This document shows, piece after piece, positions 1-13,625 of a stretch of 49,372 nt of DNA. How positions within the stretch are numbered: position 1 is the first letter of the stretch; each line of letters opens with the position of its first letter. Source of the stretch: Octopus sinensis (lineage: Eukaryota); NCBI RefSeq assembly GCF_006345805.1, contig NW_021834393.1, positions 1 through 49,372 of the forward strand, written 5' to 3'. The notes beneath the pieces were generated by a model. That model was not told the DNA's origin, ran no database searches, and saw only the letters and a program-made list of their open reading frames with translations. The translations under genes and the position numbers were made by a program.

Positions 1-178
1 TCAGTCATTTGACTGCGGCCATGCTGGAGCACCGCCTTTAGTCGAGCAAATCGATCCCAGGACTTATTCTTTGTAAGCCTAGTACTTATTCTATCAGTCT
101 GTTTTGCCGAACCGCTAAGTTGCGGGGACGCAAACACACCAGCTTCGGTTGTCAAGCGATGTTGGGGGGACAAACACA

Positions 179-272
<94 letters not shown>

Positions 273-441
273 CATTCATATATACGACGGGCTTCTTTCA
301 GTTTCCTTCTACCAAATCCACTCGCAAGGCTTTGGTTGGCTCGAAGCTATAGTAGAAAACACTTGTCCAAGGTTCCACGCAGTGGGGCTGAACCCGGAAC
401 CATGTGGTTGGTAAGCAAGCTACTTACTACATAGCCACTCC
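1..441 (-). mobile_element. tRNA-derived SINE, family A (CORE-like body, internal (TA)n/(CA)n), 3' end cut by window edge
   Basis: Reverse complement of the head GGAGTGGCT..TGGTAAG (A box) / GGTTCAGCCCC (B box); body matches many other copies in the window. Confidence 0.9.
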
Positions 442-1320
442 TTACTTATGTTTATGTATAAACATACAAGTGTGTGTGTGTGTGTATTTATGTGTGTATG
501 TATAGAGAGCGCGAGTGAGAGAAAGAGGGGGAGAAGGAAAGATGCTTTAGGATATAAACGTATATTTTTGTGACTTAAATTACATTAGTGCATAAACAAT
601 TCACTTCAAAGTTGTCTCATTTTAAGTCCCAGAACGTAATTCCCATGCAGTTTAATGTTATAATATAAACTGCTATAATTTTATCAAGAGCAACAGATAT
701 TCCCTTAAATGTATTTATTCCTATAAGAATCTTAGAATTAATCGGAATTCATGAACTAATTCAATTCATTAGACAGACAATACCAAACACAGATTCATTC
801 AATCAAAATTGCACTTAACAACAACTAGAAATTAACATTACAGATGTTTGTGGGATACACCATCAAATCATATTTCACTGTCATGACTGATGCGTATCGA
901 TTCATTTCATCAGAATATGTATGCAAGGGTAACTCCAATTCATGTGGATATCGCATGTCCCAAGAATATCGAATGAATACATGTGTGTATACATGAATTT
1001 ATGAATGTATACACCAACGTGTGTATCTACGCACTCTTTTCGATAGTAAAAGTCTCGCTGGTAAGAATTAAGTTTGTAAAGTGGATAGAGATGTTTGAAG
1101 GGCTGCTTAGGTCCAAAGGTAGTATGCCTGTCATACTATACCTGTCATACCTACAGGATATACATACATACATACACACATAATACACACACGCGCGCGC
1201 ACGCACACACATATACACACATATGTGTGTGTGTATAAAGCAAATAAGTAACAACGATGTCCAGGTATCAATGCATTACGGCCATTTCAAGCGGCTCCAG
1301 TCAACTGAATTTTAATTTTA

Positions 1321-1382
<62 letters not shown>

Positions 1383-1399
1383 CATTATTATTATTACTA

Positions 1400-1590
1400 T
1401 TATTATTATTGTATATTGATAGAAATTGTAAGACAACAAAAGAATGAAAGAGACATCGATTTTTTGTAAATCGAGGAATTTATCTGTAAATATAATACGT
1501 GACAATTATTCGGTAGCCATGATAAAACTCTGAGTTTCGGATGTCGAAGCGAAAATCCACGCCGCCATCTCTTAAGTTATCCGGCCATCG
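1400..1590 (-). mobile_element. PLE pLTR-like repeat (family P1) with a degenerate HHR at about 1517-1590
   Basis: Minus strand reads GATAA-CTTAAGA-GATG..CATC-C-GAAAC-TCAGA-GTT-TTATC; related sequence at 16101-16240, 17396-17560, 40520-40670 and 41070-41175. Confidence 0.6.
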
Positions 1591-1818
1591 AAAAATTTAC
1601 TATGAAAATGAGCGTTAAACAAAGGGAAATTGTTGTGTGATTGACCGTTATTATTAAGACAAGAAGAGGTATTAGACTGACCGCTAAGTGAGGGGAGGGA
1701 GTTAAGTTAAGGGAGTAAAAATGTTCATAATTTTCACGTAAACGCGCATGTCCATACCTACACATGCGCGCCCGTACACCCACGAATAATTATCACATAT
1801 TATATTTACAGATATAAG

Positions 1819-1878
1819 CTCTACTGACGAAGAATGTATCCATTATAGGATTAATTCCGAAATTGATTCAATATAGAG
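1819..1878 (+). ncRNA. Type I hammerhead ribozyme motif
   Basis: CTCTA-CTGACGA-A-GAAT..ATCC/GGAT..ATTC-C-GAAA-TTG-ATT-CAA-TA-TAGAG: stems I, II and III pair; first stem II pair is A.C. Confidence 0.6.
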
Positions 1879-2516
1879 ATAACGAAATTTAAATTTTCTA
1901 ATTTAAATTTTCAGTTCAATTTTCCTGAACAAGGGGATTATAAGTGGATAAATCAGTGTATTGTCTTTAGAATAACCTTCTTTAGCCCTTAATTATAAGA
2001 TTGTTATATATATAATATATATAGTATATATATAAATAATATATAATATATATAATATATATATATATATATATACACACTAGTGTATTTGTAGGTAGAA
2101 TTAGATTACACGAGCATTTACACGTATAAACAGTGATTTGTGTAAACCCCTGTTTTTCAAAAAAGCTGTACAGTTTAGATTCCTAGAATATTCATTCAGT
2201 CCCTACTTAAGGCGATAAATCATAAACTAATAAAGTATAATTTAAGAAATAGAAACGAATCTTCCTTTAAGTGTATTTCCTTTTATAAACCACCTTAGTT
2301 TTAACTTCAAAACCCGCAATCGACAATATAGTGCATTTTAAGATCTACAATTAAGGAAAGGTATACATACTTATAGATAGTGAGAAATAAAGTTTAAAGA
2401 TGATTATATGGTATCGATCAATCATAGTATATTTTCGTGCTATATACACATCGATAGAGTAAATTTGATTACAAATATGCATGCCTTCCTCTCATGATAG
2501 TAGTAAATGTATATAT

Positions 2517-2890
2517 GAGGCGCAATGGACTAGTGGCTAGGGCAGCGGACCCGCGATTGTAGGATCGCGGTTTTGATTCCGTGACCGGCGTTGTAAGAGT
2601 TTATTGAGTGAAAACATCTAAAGCTCCACGAAGCTCTGGCAAGGGGTCGTGGCGAACCTTGCTGCACCCTTTCACCACAACTTTCTCTCACTCTTTCTTC
2701 CTGTGTCTGTTGTACCAGTATTTCAAAGGGCCAGCCTTGTCACACTCTGTGTCACGCTGAATCTCCCCAAGAACTACGTTAAGGGTACAAGTGTCTGTGG
2801 AGTGCTCAGCCACTTGCACGTTAATTTCACGAGCAGGCTGTTCGATTGATTGGTTCAACTGACCCTCATCGTCGTAACCGATGGAGTGCC
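2517..2890 (+). mobile_element. tRNA-derived SINE, family C1
   Basis: Head GAGGCGCAATGGACTAGTGG..GGTTTTGATTCC; colinear with 27187-27572. Confidence 0.85.
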
Positions 2891-2911
2891 ACGTTGGCAC
2901 GAAATGTATGC

Positions 2912-2998
<87 letters not shown>

Positions 2999-3001
2999 CT
3001 A

Positions 3002-3345
3002 CTGGGTTTGCCATGATTTTTTATGTGAATTCGTGTGTTGAAATAAAATTTGTTGTGTCTATAGACACATATGATACTATATTATATCATATTTTTCATT
3101 ATACCATATTATTTCAGTAAAGCCACCTTCAGCTTCAACAACTGCTTCTATATGAGATCTAAATCATCTACATGCTCGAATCAACTGGTCCTGGTTCATT
3201 TTGGACATTACTCTGACTATGGTAGCCTTCAAAGAATCTTTGGTGTTATGGGCGTGTTCATTGACCTCTCTATCAACAATGCTCCACATGCAATAGTCCA
3301 ATGGTTTGAGATCTGGAGAATTAGGAGGCCAAATGCTAGTTTCGT
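3002..3345 (-). mobile_element. Tc1/mariner (maT-like) transposase C-terminal remnant with probable 3' TIR
   Basis: WPPNSPDLKPLDYCMWS...ACR*FRSHIEAVVEAEGGF; end TA|CTGGGTTTGCCA adjoining a (TA)n tract. Confidence 0.85.
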
Positions 3346-3780
3346 TTTTAGTATTCTTGTTTGTGAGAGCAGTCGAGTTTATTTCGGATGTTATCATTTT
3401 AAAAATCATCTCTGGCTAATCATTGAGAGGACGTTGGTGTCTTCTTCTTCTTCTTCTTCTTCTTCTTCTTCTTCTTCTTCTTCTTCTTCTTCTTCCCAAT
3501 CATGACTCACGCCATTAGCCACAAAGAATAATCCTTAATTCATGCCTACTCTAAGCTACTAAGAATGCGTGTGGCAACTTGAAGATCCACCCACCACACG
3601 CGATAAACTGGCGGTTGCAGGGGCGCGAAAGCTACGTTATCCTCATTCCATAAACGGTGGCTTTTAACGGGTGGAGTGCTGAACCATCCTGAGGTACAGA
3701 GGATTCGCAATCTAGACTAGGGTCTGAAAATTTACCACACCATAGTGGGTTACACCATGGTTCTTCTGCTTTGTGGCAGA

Positions 3781-3967
3781 AGTAGGAAGAAAGAGTGAGA
3801 GAAAGTTGTGATGAAAGAGTACAGCGGGGTTCACCCCCCCCCCCCCGAGCCTCGTGGAACTTAAGTGTTTTTGCTCAATAAACACTCACAATGCCCGGTC
3901 TGGAAATCGAAACAGCATTCTTACGATCGCGAGTCCGCTACCCTAACCACTGGGCCATTGCGCCTCC
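3781..3967 (-). mobile_element. SINE family C, 5' half
   Basis: Reverse complement of the GGAGGCGCAATGGCCCAGTGG head. Confidence 0.8.
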
Positions 3968-4192
3968 ACTGATTTTGGTGTTGCCCTGGCGGAGGTTTGC
4001 GCTCTCTGAGTACTTGTTAATTATTACTTTCTTATTGCCGAACAGCAGTCTACCCCACCGTCTATGAATTTGAGTGTGTGTTTGTGAGTGCATATATATA
4101 TAAAGGCGGTGCTACAGCAAGGCCGTAGTCAAATGACTGAAACAAATAAAAAAATATATATGTATGTAATATATATGTATATGTATATATAC

Positions 4193-4256
<64 letters not shown>

Positions 4257-4426
4257 CATACATATAAAACATATAAGTATATATACATATATATTCACAT
4301 ATATATATATATATATAGTTTAAATTTATAGATAAAAAAAAAATAAATAGGAAGACAGGCGTGCATATATATATATATATATATGTACTATGTATATGCA
4401 TATATATGAATACATGTCTCTTTGTC

Positions 4427-4465
<39 letters not shown>

Positions 4466-5209
4466 ATACACACATACACACACAAACACACACACACACA
4501 CATATATACATGCGGAACTGTATTTTGTGAGTGTACGACATGTAAATGGAAGAACACCAATAGAGATAGATATTGAGAGTGAGAGAGAAGGAAAGAGAGA
4601 GATAGAATGAGAATGAGAGAGAAAGATAATGAGAAGGAGAGAAAGAGAATGAGAGAGAGAGAAAGAGAATGAGAGAGAGAGAGAGAGAATGAGAATGAAT
4701 AAGTGAGAATGCGGAGATAACAAAATCAAAAACTGTCCGTGTCAATTATCGATCTTTAATGTTAATTCCCTTCCACCATCACCACCACCATCACCATCAC
4801 CACCACCACCACCACCATCACCACCACCATCACCATCACCACAACCATCACCACAACCACCACCACCACCATCTCATTCTCGCGTAGCTCAAGTTCTGGA
4901 GAGACAGGTTGACTCCAGTTAGTCCCGAGAGCCTTAATTAGTAGACTTGCAAGGTATCTGAGAGGAAGAACTGATGAATCTAGATTAATAAAACCAGTCT
5001 TGGATTTATATTGCAATTTGGAACGGTTTTAATTGGCTATTCCATACAAACAATGCACACATCGGAGATACACACTGTCAGACCAACATAACATACAACG
5101 TATATCCATCATTATGTCTAACAGGAACACACGCACCGACAATCACACTTACATCGATATAAGCATGTATTTGAATGCCTATGTATATATTTGTGTGTGC
5201 GCCCGCCTG

Positions 5210-5285
<76 letters not shown>

Positions 5286-5422
5286 ATGTATACGTGTATA
5301 AATATATAATATATATTATAACATGCGTATATAAAAACGTACACGCTCATACAGCAGTTGTGTTGCATACATACACACGCACTCACACACACATACACGC
5401 ACACCACACACACATCACACAC

Positions 5423-5463
<41 letters not shown>

Positions 5464-5594
5464 ATTATATAAAATACAGTCACTGTTCATCTTTTGACTT
5501 TTGCTTTTGTTTATATTTTTGATTTGATTTTTAATTTGCTCATATGCCTGTGTGTGTGCATATATATGTATATATATATATATTATATATATAT

Positions 5595-5627
<33 letters not shown>

Positions 5628-5832
5628 ATATATATTATATATATGTAGTGTTGTATATATATATATATTATTATATAATATATATATATAATAATAAATA
5701 TTAGGGAATATAATCCAAATTTAACAGGGAAAAAATCAGATTTAGGATTATAAATCGATGGTAATATTTAGCAACGCGAAATACTGTTATATACCATGAG
5801 AGAACCTCATGTCCCACCTTCAATTTAAATCA

Positions 5833-7200
5833 TGTGATAAACTTATTGACGCCGGGTTGAAATTCCAGTAAAACTAACCAACCAATCATTTTTTCTCACA
5901 CAGAATTTCTAACATACAATCTACACCATACACTGTTCATTCATCACACCAGGAACAATCATTTTGTTTTGTCGACCAATTTTTTCGGAGATGTTTATAT
6001 TTATGTCAGTTTGAACTTACGATTTCGCAGGAACTAATAGCACAAATAACAATGTTGTACCCACCACAAACAAATATTATTCCTACGATTCAACAAGTTC
6101 ATATGATTAACCCCAAGTTAGCGCATATGATTGTGGCCTTTATACCTTGGCTTATGCATTTGGACTGGTCATTGGAAACGCTCCAGAGAAGTTTTTATTT
6201 GATCAGTCAAAAATGCGAGCACAGTTAAGATTTTGCCTCGAAAACAATAAATTTGTTCTTTTTCCGAAAGTAAAGGTGTTTCAAATGTCTACAAAAACCA
6301 CAGAAGTCACTCAGTTTCTATTATCCCTAGAAAGACAACTAAAAATTATAACTTCTTACATGAAAATTCAGAACAAATTTTATCACCCAATAGGTTCCGT
6401 GTTTCAAGTGATTTCGAGCAAAGCCCCAAAATTAGTCAGGAATCTAATGGGACTAAAGACTCTGTAAACCACTTGCCCGAGAAAAACCATCACACTACAG
6501 AATAAGTCAGCCATAAATTTATCTAAACTGAAACTTTCGTCTGACGATGTCTCGGTCTAGGAGCTTGGACTGAGTTTCTGCCTAAGCACTAAGAATTTTG
6601 ATAAGAATGAATTAGCTCAAGGGCTATTTCAGTTTGTCCGCCGTCACAAGCTGAAGGAATATTTATAAAAAAAAAAACTTGGAGTGGCTGTGTGGTAAGT
6701 AGCTTGCTAACCAACCACATGGCTCCGGGTTCAGTCCCACTGCGTGGCATCTTGGGCAAGTGTCTTCTGCTATAGCCCCGGGCCGACCAATGCCTTGTGA
6801 GTGGATTTGGTAGACGGAAACTGAAAGAAGCCTGTCGTATATATGTATATATATGTATGTGTGTGTGTTTGTGTGTCTGTGTCTGTCCCCCTAGCATTGC
6901 TTGACAACCGATGCTGGCGTGTTTGCGTCCCCGTCACTTAGCGGTTCGGCAAAAGAGACCGATAGAATAAGTACTGGGCTTACAAAGAATAAGTCCCGGG
7001 GTCGATTTGCTCGACTGAATGCGGTGCTCCAGCATGGCCGCAGTCAAATGACTGAAACAAGTAAAAGAGTAAAAAAGAGTAAAAGAGTATCGAGGAATCA
7101 GAGAACTCTGTGCTTACTGAAAATAAAAATGATGATGATCGAATCTGGCATAATTAGATTGAAAAGAATCCCAATTGGTATCCAGTTAAAGATGATGAAT
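5833..7200 (+). pseudogene. Decayed Penelope-like ORF 5' region: Ulp1/C48-like protease domain followed by the PLE N-terminal motif, split by a SINE
   Basis: IHHTRNNHFVLS..VYIYVSL (His codon 5960), QVSAYDCGLYTLAYAF..FDQSKMR..CLENNKF..FP (Cys codon 6132), then in the same frame INLSKLKLSSDDVSV*ELGLSFC..FQFVRRHKLKEY (6513-6662); KNPNWYP follows the SINE; several frameshifts and stops. Confidence 0.7.
6681..7087 (+). mobile_element. SINE family A, full length, inserted in the PLE remnant
   Basis: A and B boxes, body, (AAAAGAGT)n tail. Confidence 0.9.
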
Positions 7201-7482
7201 GAAACACCCATGTTCCCAGGGATGAATTATTGAGGCCTCTAAGAATTCTGCTCAACACATAGCTATGATACGCCACCACTGCTCCTGCTCATGATCAGAG
7301 ATGCGTACATCATCAGCCACTAAGGGACATGCTCAGCTGTTTAAGGTCAAGCAACCGACAAGTAAATCTGTGATACCGAGCAGAATATTTACTGTAGACC
7401 ATCGACTTATACCAAGGCAAAACAATGTACATGATAACACTCCCACTCAGTCAAGATCGGAAGCCAAAAGAGCCACTGTCTG
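7200..7482 (-). mobile_element. Interspersed repeat fragment, apparently the same family as 10610-10885 (probable non-LTR 3' UTR)
   Basis: Begins GAAACACCCATGTTCC, resembling the end of the 10610-10885 piece; family link recalled, not searched. Confidence 0.45.
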
Positions 7483-7483
7483 G

Positions 7484-7484
7484 C

Positions 7485-7515
<31 letters not shown>

Positions 7516-7608
7516 CTTCTTCTTCTTCTTCTTCTTCTTCTTCTTCTTCTTCTTCTTCTTCTTCTTCTTCTTCTTCTTCTTCTTCTTCTTCTTCTTCTTC
7601 TTCTTCTC
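7484..7608. repeat. (GTT)n-(CTT)n compound microsatellite
   Basis: Direct reading. Confidence 0.95.
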
Positions 7609-7659
7609 CTAGTTGTAAAAGGAAATCGTGGGCAAACATATAGAGAAGAAATATTTACT

Positions 7660-7830
7660 TCATTGAAGCTATGTCTTAGCAACTTCCACGTTGTTCTTCA
7701 TGGCTCTTCTGCTCATTCTTGTAATGCCCAGGATTTCATGAGCCTTACTCGGATACGATCTACGAACCTTCGAATGTCAATCTCAACTAGCATCAACCCG
7801 TGCTTCACCCTTTTTTTTTTTTTTACGTTG
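7660..7830 (-). mobile_element. Highly decayed RLE non-LTR (R2/HERO-like) C-terminal remnant
   Basis: VEIDIRRFVDR / ILGITRMSRRAMKNNVEVAK across a frameshift resembles VEVGCRGF..LGI.G..RRRAI....E.A. Confidence 0.35.
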
Positions 7831-8758
7831 GCTGTCCTCCACCAATTCCTGGTTCTTATCTCTCTTCCTTTCGTGCATATCCTCCATCCTCTCCTCTTAA
7901 AGTACAATTAAAAGAATTAGTTGCCTTATTGTCTAGAAACCGAGATGATATCTAGTCTCAACAAGCATAGAGTATTTGTTTTAACGTTCACAAATAACAT
8001 TAACTTATATCATTTCCTGACAAATAAATGATGGCATTTGTTTACGCATTTATAAGTTTAAACAATATAAAGAAAAGTCGAAGTATTCTTTCACTAGAGA
8101 TTACACAGTGTAATAAAAAATATATATACTAAGAAAAATAGAAACAAACATTTCTTTCCTTTCATTACAATAAATTGTGTGTTGTTCTAACGTATTTTAC
8201 AGAGATGGGATGAGACTAACAACTTTAGAATCGTTATTTTTCTCTTGGTGCTATTCAAAGTCTTTAAAAGTAAACAATGCAAATTTTCAGAAAACCATTT
8301 TCCCTGGTGTCTGGAAAAAGTCACAATTTTAGCAAGGGAAAAATCACTAGAAACTAGTCACATACATTTTAATCAAATACTACAAACAATTAAATTAACA
8401 AAACAAGAATATTTAAAATCAGTAATTAACTGGCAGTACATGACTTATTCAGAATTTATATAATGCTGGCATTATACGTAAGTGAAAAAAACAACACTTT
8501 TATTCAATTTCTTAAGCGAAGTAAGACAATGAAACAAAAATATTCAGTCAGAAGTTTATTGATGATGCATAATATGTACAGACTAAAAACAACATGGTGG
8601 CATTACTTGAATATTTAATATTTTTAATACTGATAACTGAGTCGAATATTCCAGTGCCTTGTCCAATTCATGTTCTTTTCTTTAACTTTTTTCTGTAACG
8701 TTTTTATTTTGACTCATTCCAAGTGGTGAGAGGTCAGTCACAAACACGAATATATACT

Positions 8759-9090
8759 CTTTTACTTGTTTCAGTCATTTGTAATCCTAGTACTTATTCT
8801 ATCGGTCTCTTTTGCCGAACCGCTAAGTGACGGGAACATAAACACACCAGCATCGGTTGTCAAGCAATGCTAGGGGGACAAACACAGACACACAAACATG
8901 CACACACATATATATTTACATACATACGACGGGCATCTTTCAGTTTCCGTCTACCAAATCCACTCACAAGGCTTTGGTCGGCCCGAGGCTATAGTAGAAG
9001 ACACTTGCCCAAGATTCCACACTGTGAGACTGAACCCGGAACCATGTGGTTGGTAAGCAAGCTACTTACCACACGGCCACTCCTGCGCCT
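8759..9090 (-). mobile_element. SINE family A with an internal deletion in the 3' part
   Basis: Matches family A; segment between CAGTCATTTG and TAATCCTAGTAC missing. Confidence 0.9.
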
Positions 9091-9187
9091 ATATACATAC
9101 ATACATATACATATATATATATTCTTCATTAGTAAAAAGAACCAGCTATAACACATCGTATATCTTTAATCTTTTACTTTTTACTTT

Positions 9188-9552
9188 TTTCATTAGACTG
9201 CGGCCATGCTGGGGCACCACCTTAAAGAATTTTAGTCAAACGAATAGACTCCAATACTTGGTATTTTTTAAACGCCTAGCACTTATTCAATCAGTCTCTT
9301 TTACTGGACCGTTATGTTATGTGGACGTAAAGAAATCAACAACGGTTTTCAAGCAGTTGTAGGGGACAGGGATAAACACACACACACATACGACGGGATT
9401 CTTTCAGTTTCCGCCTATCAGATTCACTCAAAAGGCTTTGGTTGGCCCGAAACTATAGTAGAAGAGACGCGCCCACGCTGTCACGCAGTGGGAATGAACC
9501 CTGTACTATGTCGTTGCGAAGCAAACTTCTTACCACACAGCCACGCCCGCGC
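9188..9552 (-). mobile_element. Diverged family A-type SINE
   Basis: Colinear but more mismatched copy. Confidence 0.75.
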
Positions 9553-10068
9553 CTATATAGTTATAGAATATTAAATGGTAAACCTAAATAGACACACAGA
9601 CACTAAGCACAACGAACAAACAAAAATATTTAGTCAGACTTAAGAAAACCAACCTTAAACCTATTGAAAATGTCCATTCATGTGTGTAAGTCATAGGTCA
9701 ATGAACTGGCCGTATGTAAACAAATATACAAATAGGAAATATAATACAATGATTAATGATCATCTTTACTATTATTCTTGTAAAATTAGAAAAGTTGTTA
9801 TATATTTATCCATTTTATTGTATGCAGTTTCGATTGAGCAAAGTTTTCAACCAATTTGGTGTGTTTCAAAAGATAAACGAACAACAAAACTGTAATTGGA
9901 AAGTTCCTTAACCTTTTGACGATGATGAGCGATGCTTGAAGAAGAAAGTGGTTGCGAAATTTCCATTGCGAAATCTAGAAATTTCGGGAGTATTCCAAAA
10001 TCTCTTAATTAGTTTCTGAAAATTATTATTACGAGTTTGTAGTATATCGATTACTTTATGTTTCTAAA

Positions 10069-10452
10069 GGCGGCGAGCTGGCGGAAACTTTAGCACGCCG
10101 GGCGAAAGGCTTACCGGTATTTCGTCTGCCGTTACGTTCCGAGGTTAACTTTGCCTTTCATCCTTTCAGGGTCGATAAATTAAGTACCAGTTACGCACTG
10201 GGGTCGATATAATCGACTTAATCCGTTTGTCTGTCCTTGTTCGTCCCCTCTGTGTTTAGCCCCTTGTGGGTAGAAAAGAAATGGGTATTTCGTCTGCCGT
10301 TACGTTCTGAGTTCAAATTCCGCCGAGGTGGACTTTGCCTTTCATCCTTTCGGGGTCGATAAATTAAGTACTAGTTACGTACTGGGATCGATCTAATCGA
10401 CTGTCCCCGCTTCCCCCAAAATTTCGGGCCTTGTGCCTAGAGTAGAAAAGAT
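10069..10452 (+). mobile_element. tRNA-derived SINE family B, dimeric form (Deu/Nin-like central domain)
   Basis: Head GGCGGCGAGCTGGC; two copies of GCCTTTCATCCTTTCGGGGTCGATAAATTAAGTAC. Confidence 0.85.
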
Positions 10453-10609
10453 TACTCTGTTTCTACTTTACATTAATACATATTCCAATGTCCAGTCTTA
10501 CGTAACCAATGAATTATTCAAAAGAATTCATAATAAGCGAAACATTTATGAACTATAATCGTAAACAAACATATAACAGAAAGTGAAACATTATTATTAT
10601 ATATTATTA

Positions 10610-10885
10610 TTGAGTGAGAGAGCAGTGCATGCCATCAAAGTGACCCTGGGGTAAAATATACGAAGCCCAGTATACCCATTATGACTACTCGTCTGATAAG
10701 GATACAATAGGCACATGCATCACAACCATATGTGCGCAACGTGGTGATCTTATATCAAGATAAACAGCGGATGACCTAGCAGATGGGGCCCAGTTAGAAT
10801 TTTCTTCAGGTCGAGTAACCCATCCCGTTCAAAAGGGCCCTGAATAAGGGTTGTTTAAGGATGTTGAACGAACCAACTGTTTCAA
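10610..10885 (-). mobile_element. 3' end of a probable non-LTR element with an (AAT)n tail
   Basis: Minus strand ends CTCTCTCACTC-AATAATAAT. Confidence 0.5.
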
Positions 10886-11934
10886 TAACATAACGTACTG
10901 AGCAATACAGCAATACATCCCCACTTCCCTCAAAATTTCTTGTTCCGAAATTAAAGATAAAAGGCGATAAGCTGGCAGAATCGAGACTCAACCCGTAACA
11001 GCATCGTTTCAAAGAGTGATTGTTAGTCACATTGCCATGCCCGTGTAGCTCTTGCCGAAGCTTATGATCAAAGGTGTTCAAGTCGTGCTATTTCGTCTTT
11101 TTAAAACTATGTAAAGTTACATTGTCATTCAAGGAACATTTTCTTTATTTTTTAGACCGCATACAGAGAATAGGAGACTTTGGTTGCTATATCTAGCAGG
11201 TACGGTGAACACGTAGAATCTCTCTTTTGTCTCCTGTAGAAATTAAATGTTTGTTGCTTGTTGCACTTCAAGAAAAAGTAATAACAAGAAATTTACTGAA
11301 TAAATGTCAAATGTAAGAAGAATCCTTGAATCACTTTGACTGGAAGATCTTGGAAGATCTTTTTTTCTTTTTACTGGAGAATATTTTCTAATGAAGTATT
11401 ACCAGTGCGCTTGGTATTCAAGTAGTAAGTTGATGCAAATTAAATTAAACAATTGTTTATTTCAAAGAAAAAATATGGTAGCTAAAAGTTTGATGAATGC
11501 CTGATTAATAAATAAATGTCAACAAGTACGGATAGCCAGGAAATTAGCTTTAGCTTAGTCGTTAACGCGTCGGAGAGAACGCTATACGTTATGTTCTTTC
11601 TGTTGACAGGGCTCTGAGTTCAAATCCTGCCGAAGTCATGTTTACTGTCTTTCCATACAGAGCCGACAAAATACTGTACCTGATCAAGTCGGTGGATTTA
11701 CAGAATTATTACAGCTTCGAATGGGATTCTGGTGCACTTTTAGGATTGTCGTGTGATTGGTCGTTGTGTCACTATTTTTGTGGGTCGATTTGTTGTGAGA
11801 AAGATTAAGGTTGCAGTTTTATTAATTGAATGTAAGACTAGGTTGGTTGCGTATATTACAACAAAAGTAAACTCTCGAACATCTAACAACAGATTTTGTA
11901 AAGAGAAGGTTATGCATATAGACATATTTGTTGT

Positions 11935-12214
11935 TTGTTCCTTCCCGAGCCACGCCTGGCTCATTAGGGCCTGTTTCCCGGTTTCCTTGGCGTATAGGTT
12001 CCCCACCTGGACGGCACGCCGGTCCGTCGCAGGGAAGCTGCAAGATGCAGGAGGAGTGGGAGAAAGTTGTGGCGAAAGAGTCAGCAGAAGTTCGCCATTA
12101 CCTTCTGCCGGAGCCGCGTGGGGCTTAGGTGTTTCGCTCATAAACACACACATCGCCCGGTCTGAGATTCGAACCCGCGATACCTCTACTCTAACCACTA
12201 GGCCATGTACCTCC
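11935..12214 (-). mobile_element. SINE family C2 (V-domain-like 3' module)
   Basis: Family C head; 3' module CTGCGACGGACCGGCGTGCCGTCCAGG..GAAACCGGGAAAC. Confidence 0.75.
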
Positions 12215-12793
12215 ACAATATAGACATATATAAATTATCAAATTCTCACTGGTTACAAAGATAGCATAGAATTACACTGCTCGGCTATTTGCTTATCTAG
12301 AAGGTGAAAGAAAAAAAAAAAAGATATGAGTCCGCTGCAAATTATTAAGGTTTTTTCCCTTAGTTTGTTATGGAAAAGTGAAAACCCGTCCTGCTTGAGT
12401 GTCAACATCACTCTGCTATCTGATTTAGGTGCCAAACAGCTTAACTAAAAAAGAAAGGGCGTGAGTGTCAAGAACATTCGAGAACATTCGAGTTGATTCT
12501 TCAATTTTTAGGCTGTTCACGTGAAACTCGAATGATGTGATTGTGGCTTACTCATGAAGTGATAATTTCGTGGTTGGGGTTCGAATCCCTGCAAGATAAA
12601 CATTTGTTCTTTCATTAAACGTAAGCATGCTTTCATCTTCCTGTCTCCAATGAATAAATTTCAATTACATGTCGGACTTTTAAACTTGTGAAACGAAAAT
12701 AAGGAATATTTTTTTTTGCATCATTTTTAAACAGAACCGTTCATAGTGTTGCTGGCTCTCTTGCAAGCTGAAGTTTGGAGCTTTATAAGGGTA

Positions 12794-12827
<34 letters not shown>

Positions 12828-13625
12828 GAATGTAAGTAAATATCTATATATCTGTATATATATATATGTATGTATGCATATATGTATGTACGTACGTATA
12901 CACGTACACACACGCACACATACATATATATGTGCTTGTATGTATCTCTTTCTCTCTCATATATATATATATACACGACGGGCTTCCACACAGTTTCCGT
13001 CTACCAAATTCGTTCTTAACCATTGGTTGACCTGGGGATAAACTGGAACACATTTGCCCAAAGTGTAGTGCAGTGGAACTGAACTCGAAACCACGAGATT
13101 GCAAAGCGAGCTTCTTAAGTACATAAACATACATGAACGTACATTTAATTATGTCAAGCCTATGATGGAGAACGGCACCTAAAACCCAGCGTGGTATTTG
13201 CTCTTGTCTTGACAGTGTACTCACAAAGCTTACTTAATCAACTATTTTGTAGTAACTGCAGAATTGTCTTTCCTGTGTGTAATCTTTGTGACTGTATTTC
13301 AAATTCAAGACGAACGTGGAAACTATTTTGTGCGGTGAATAAAGTTACTATTAAATTTTCGTTGTTGTTCCTCATTTACACCAACAGCCAACAAACACTT
13401 TGTGACACGGTTCAATTGTGAACCATGTTACGCTTACCACGGATTGATATGTGATAACACGGATTGGTGATCAATTGAAGATTCTCCCTGAACCACAAAA
13501 TCAATCACATCCCTGCGACCACCCACGACACTCGGCACCCAGAAAGCACTGATTATCGCTTCTGTTTACATGGCCATCCTGCGAGGTTCGGTATATTTTT
13601 ATGTACACGTAAAATCCATCAACGT

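Noticed and set aside
6541-6580. CTGACGA as an HHR core
   Set aside because: No downstream GAAA or stems; it lies in the PLE coding remnant (SDD codons)
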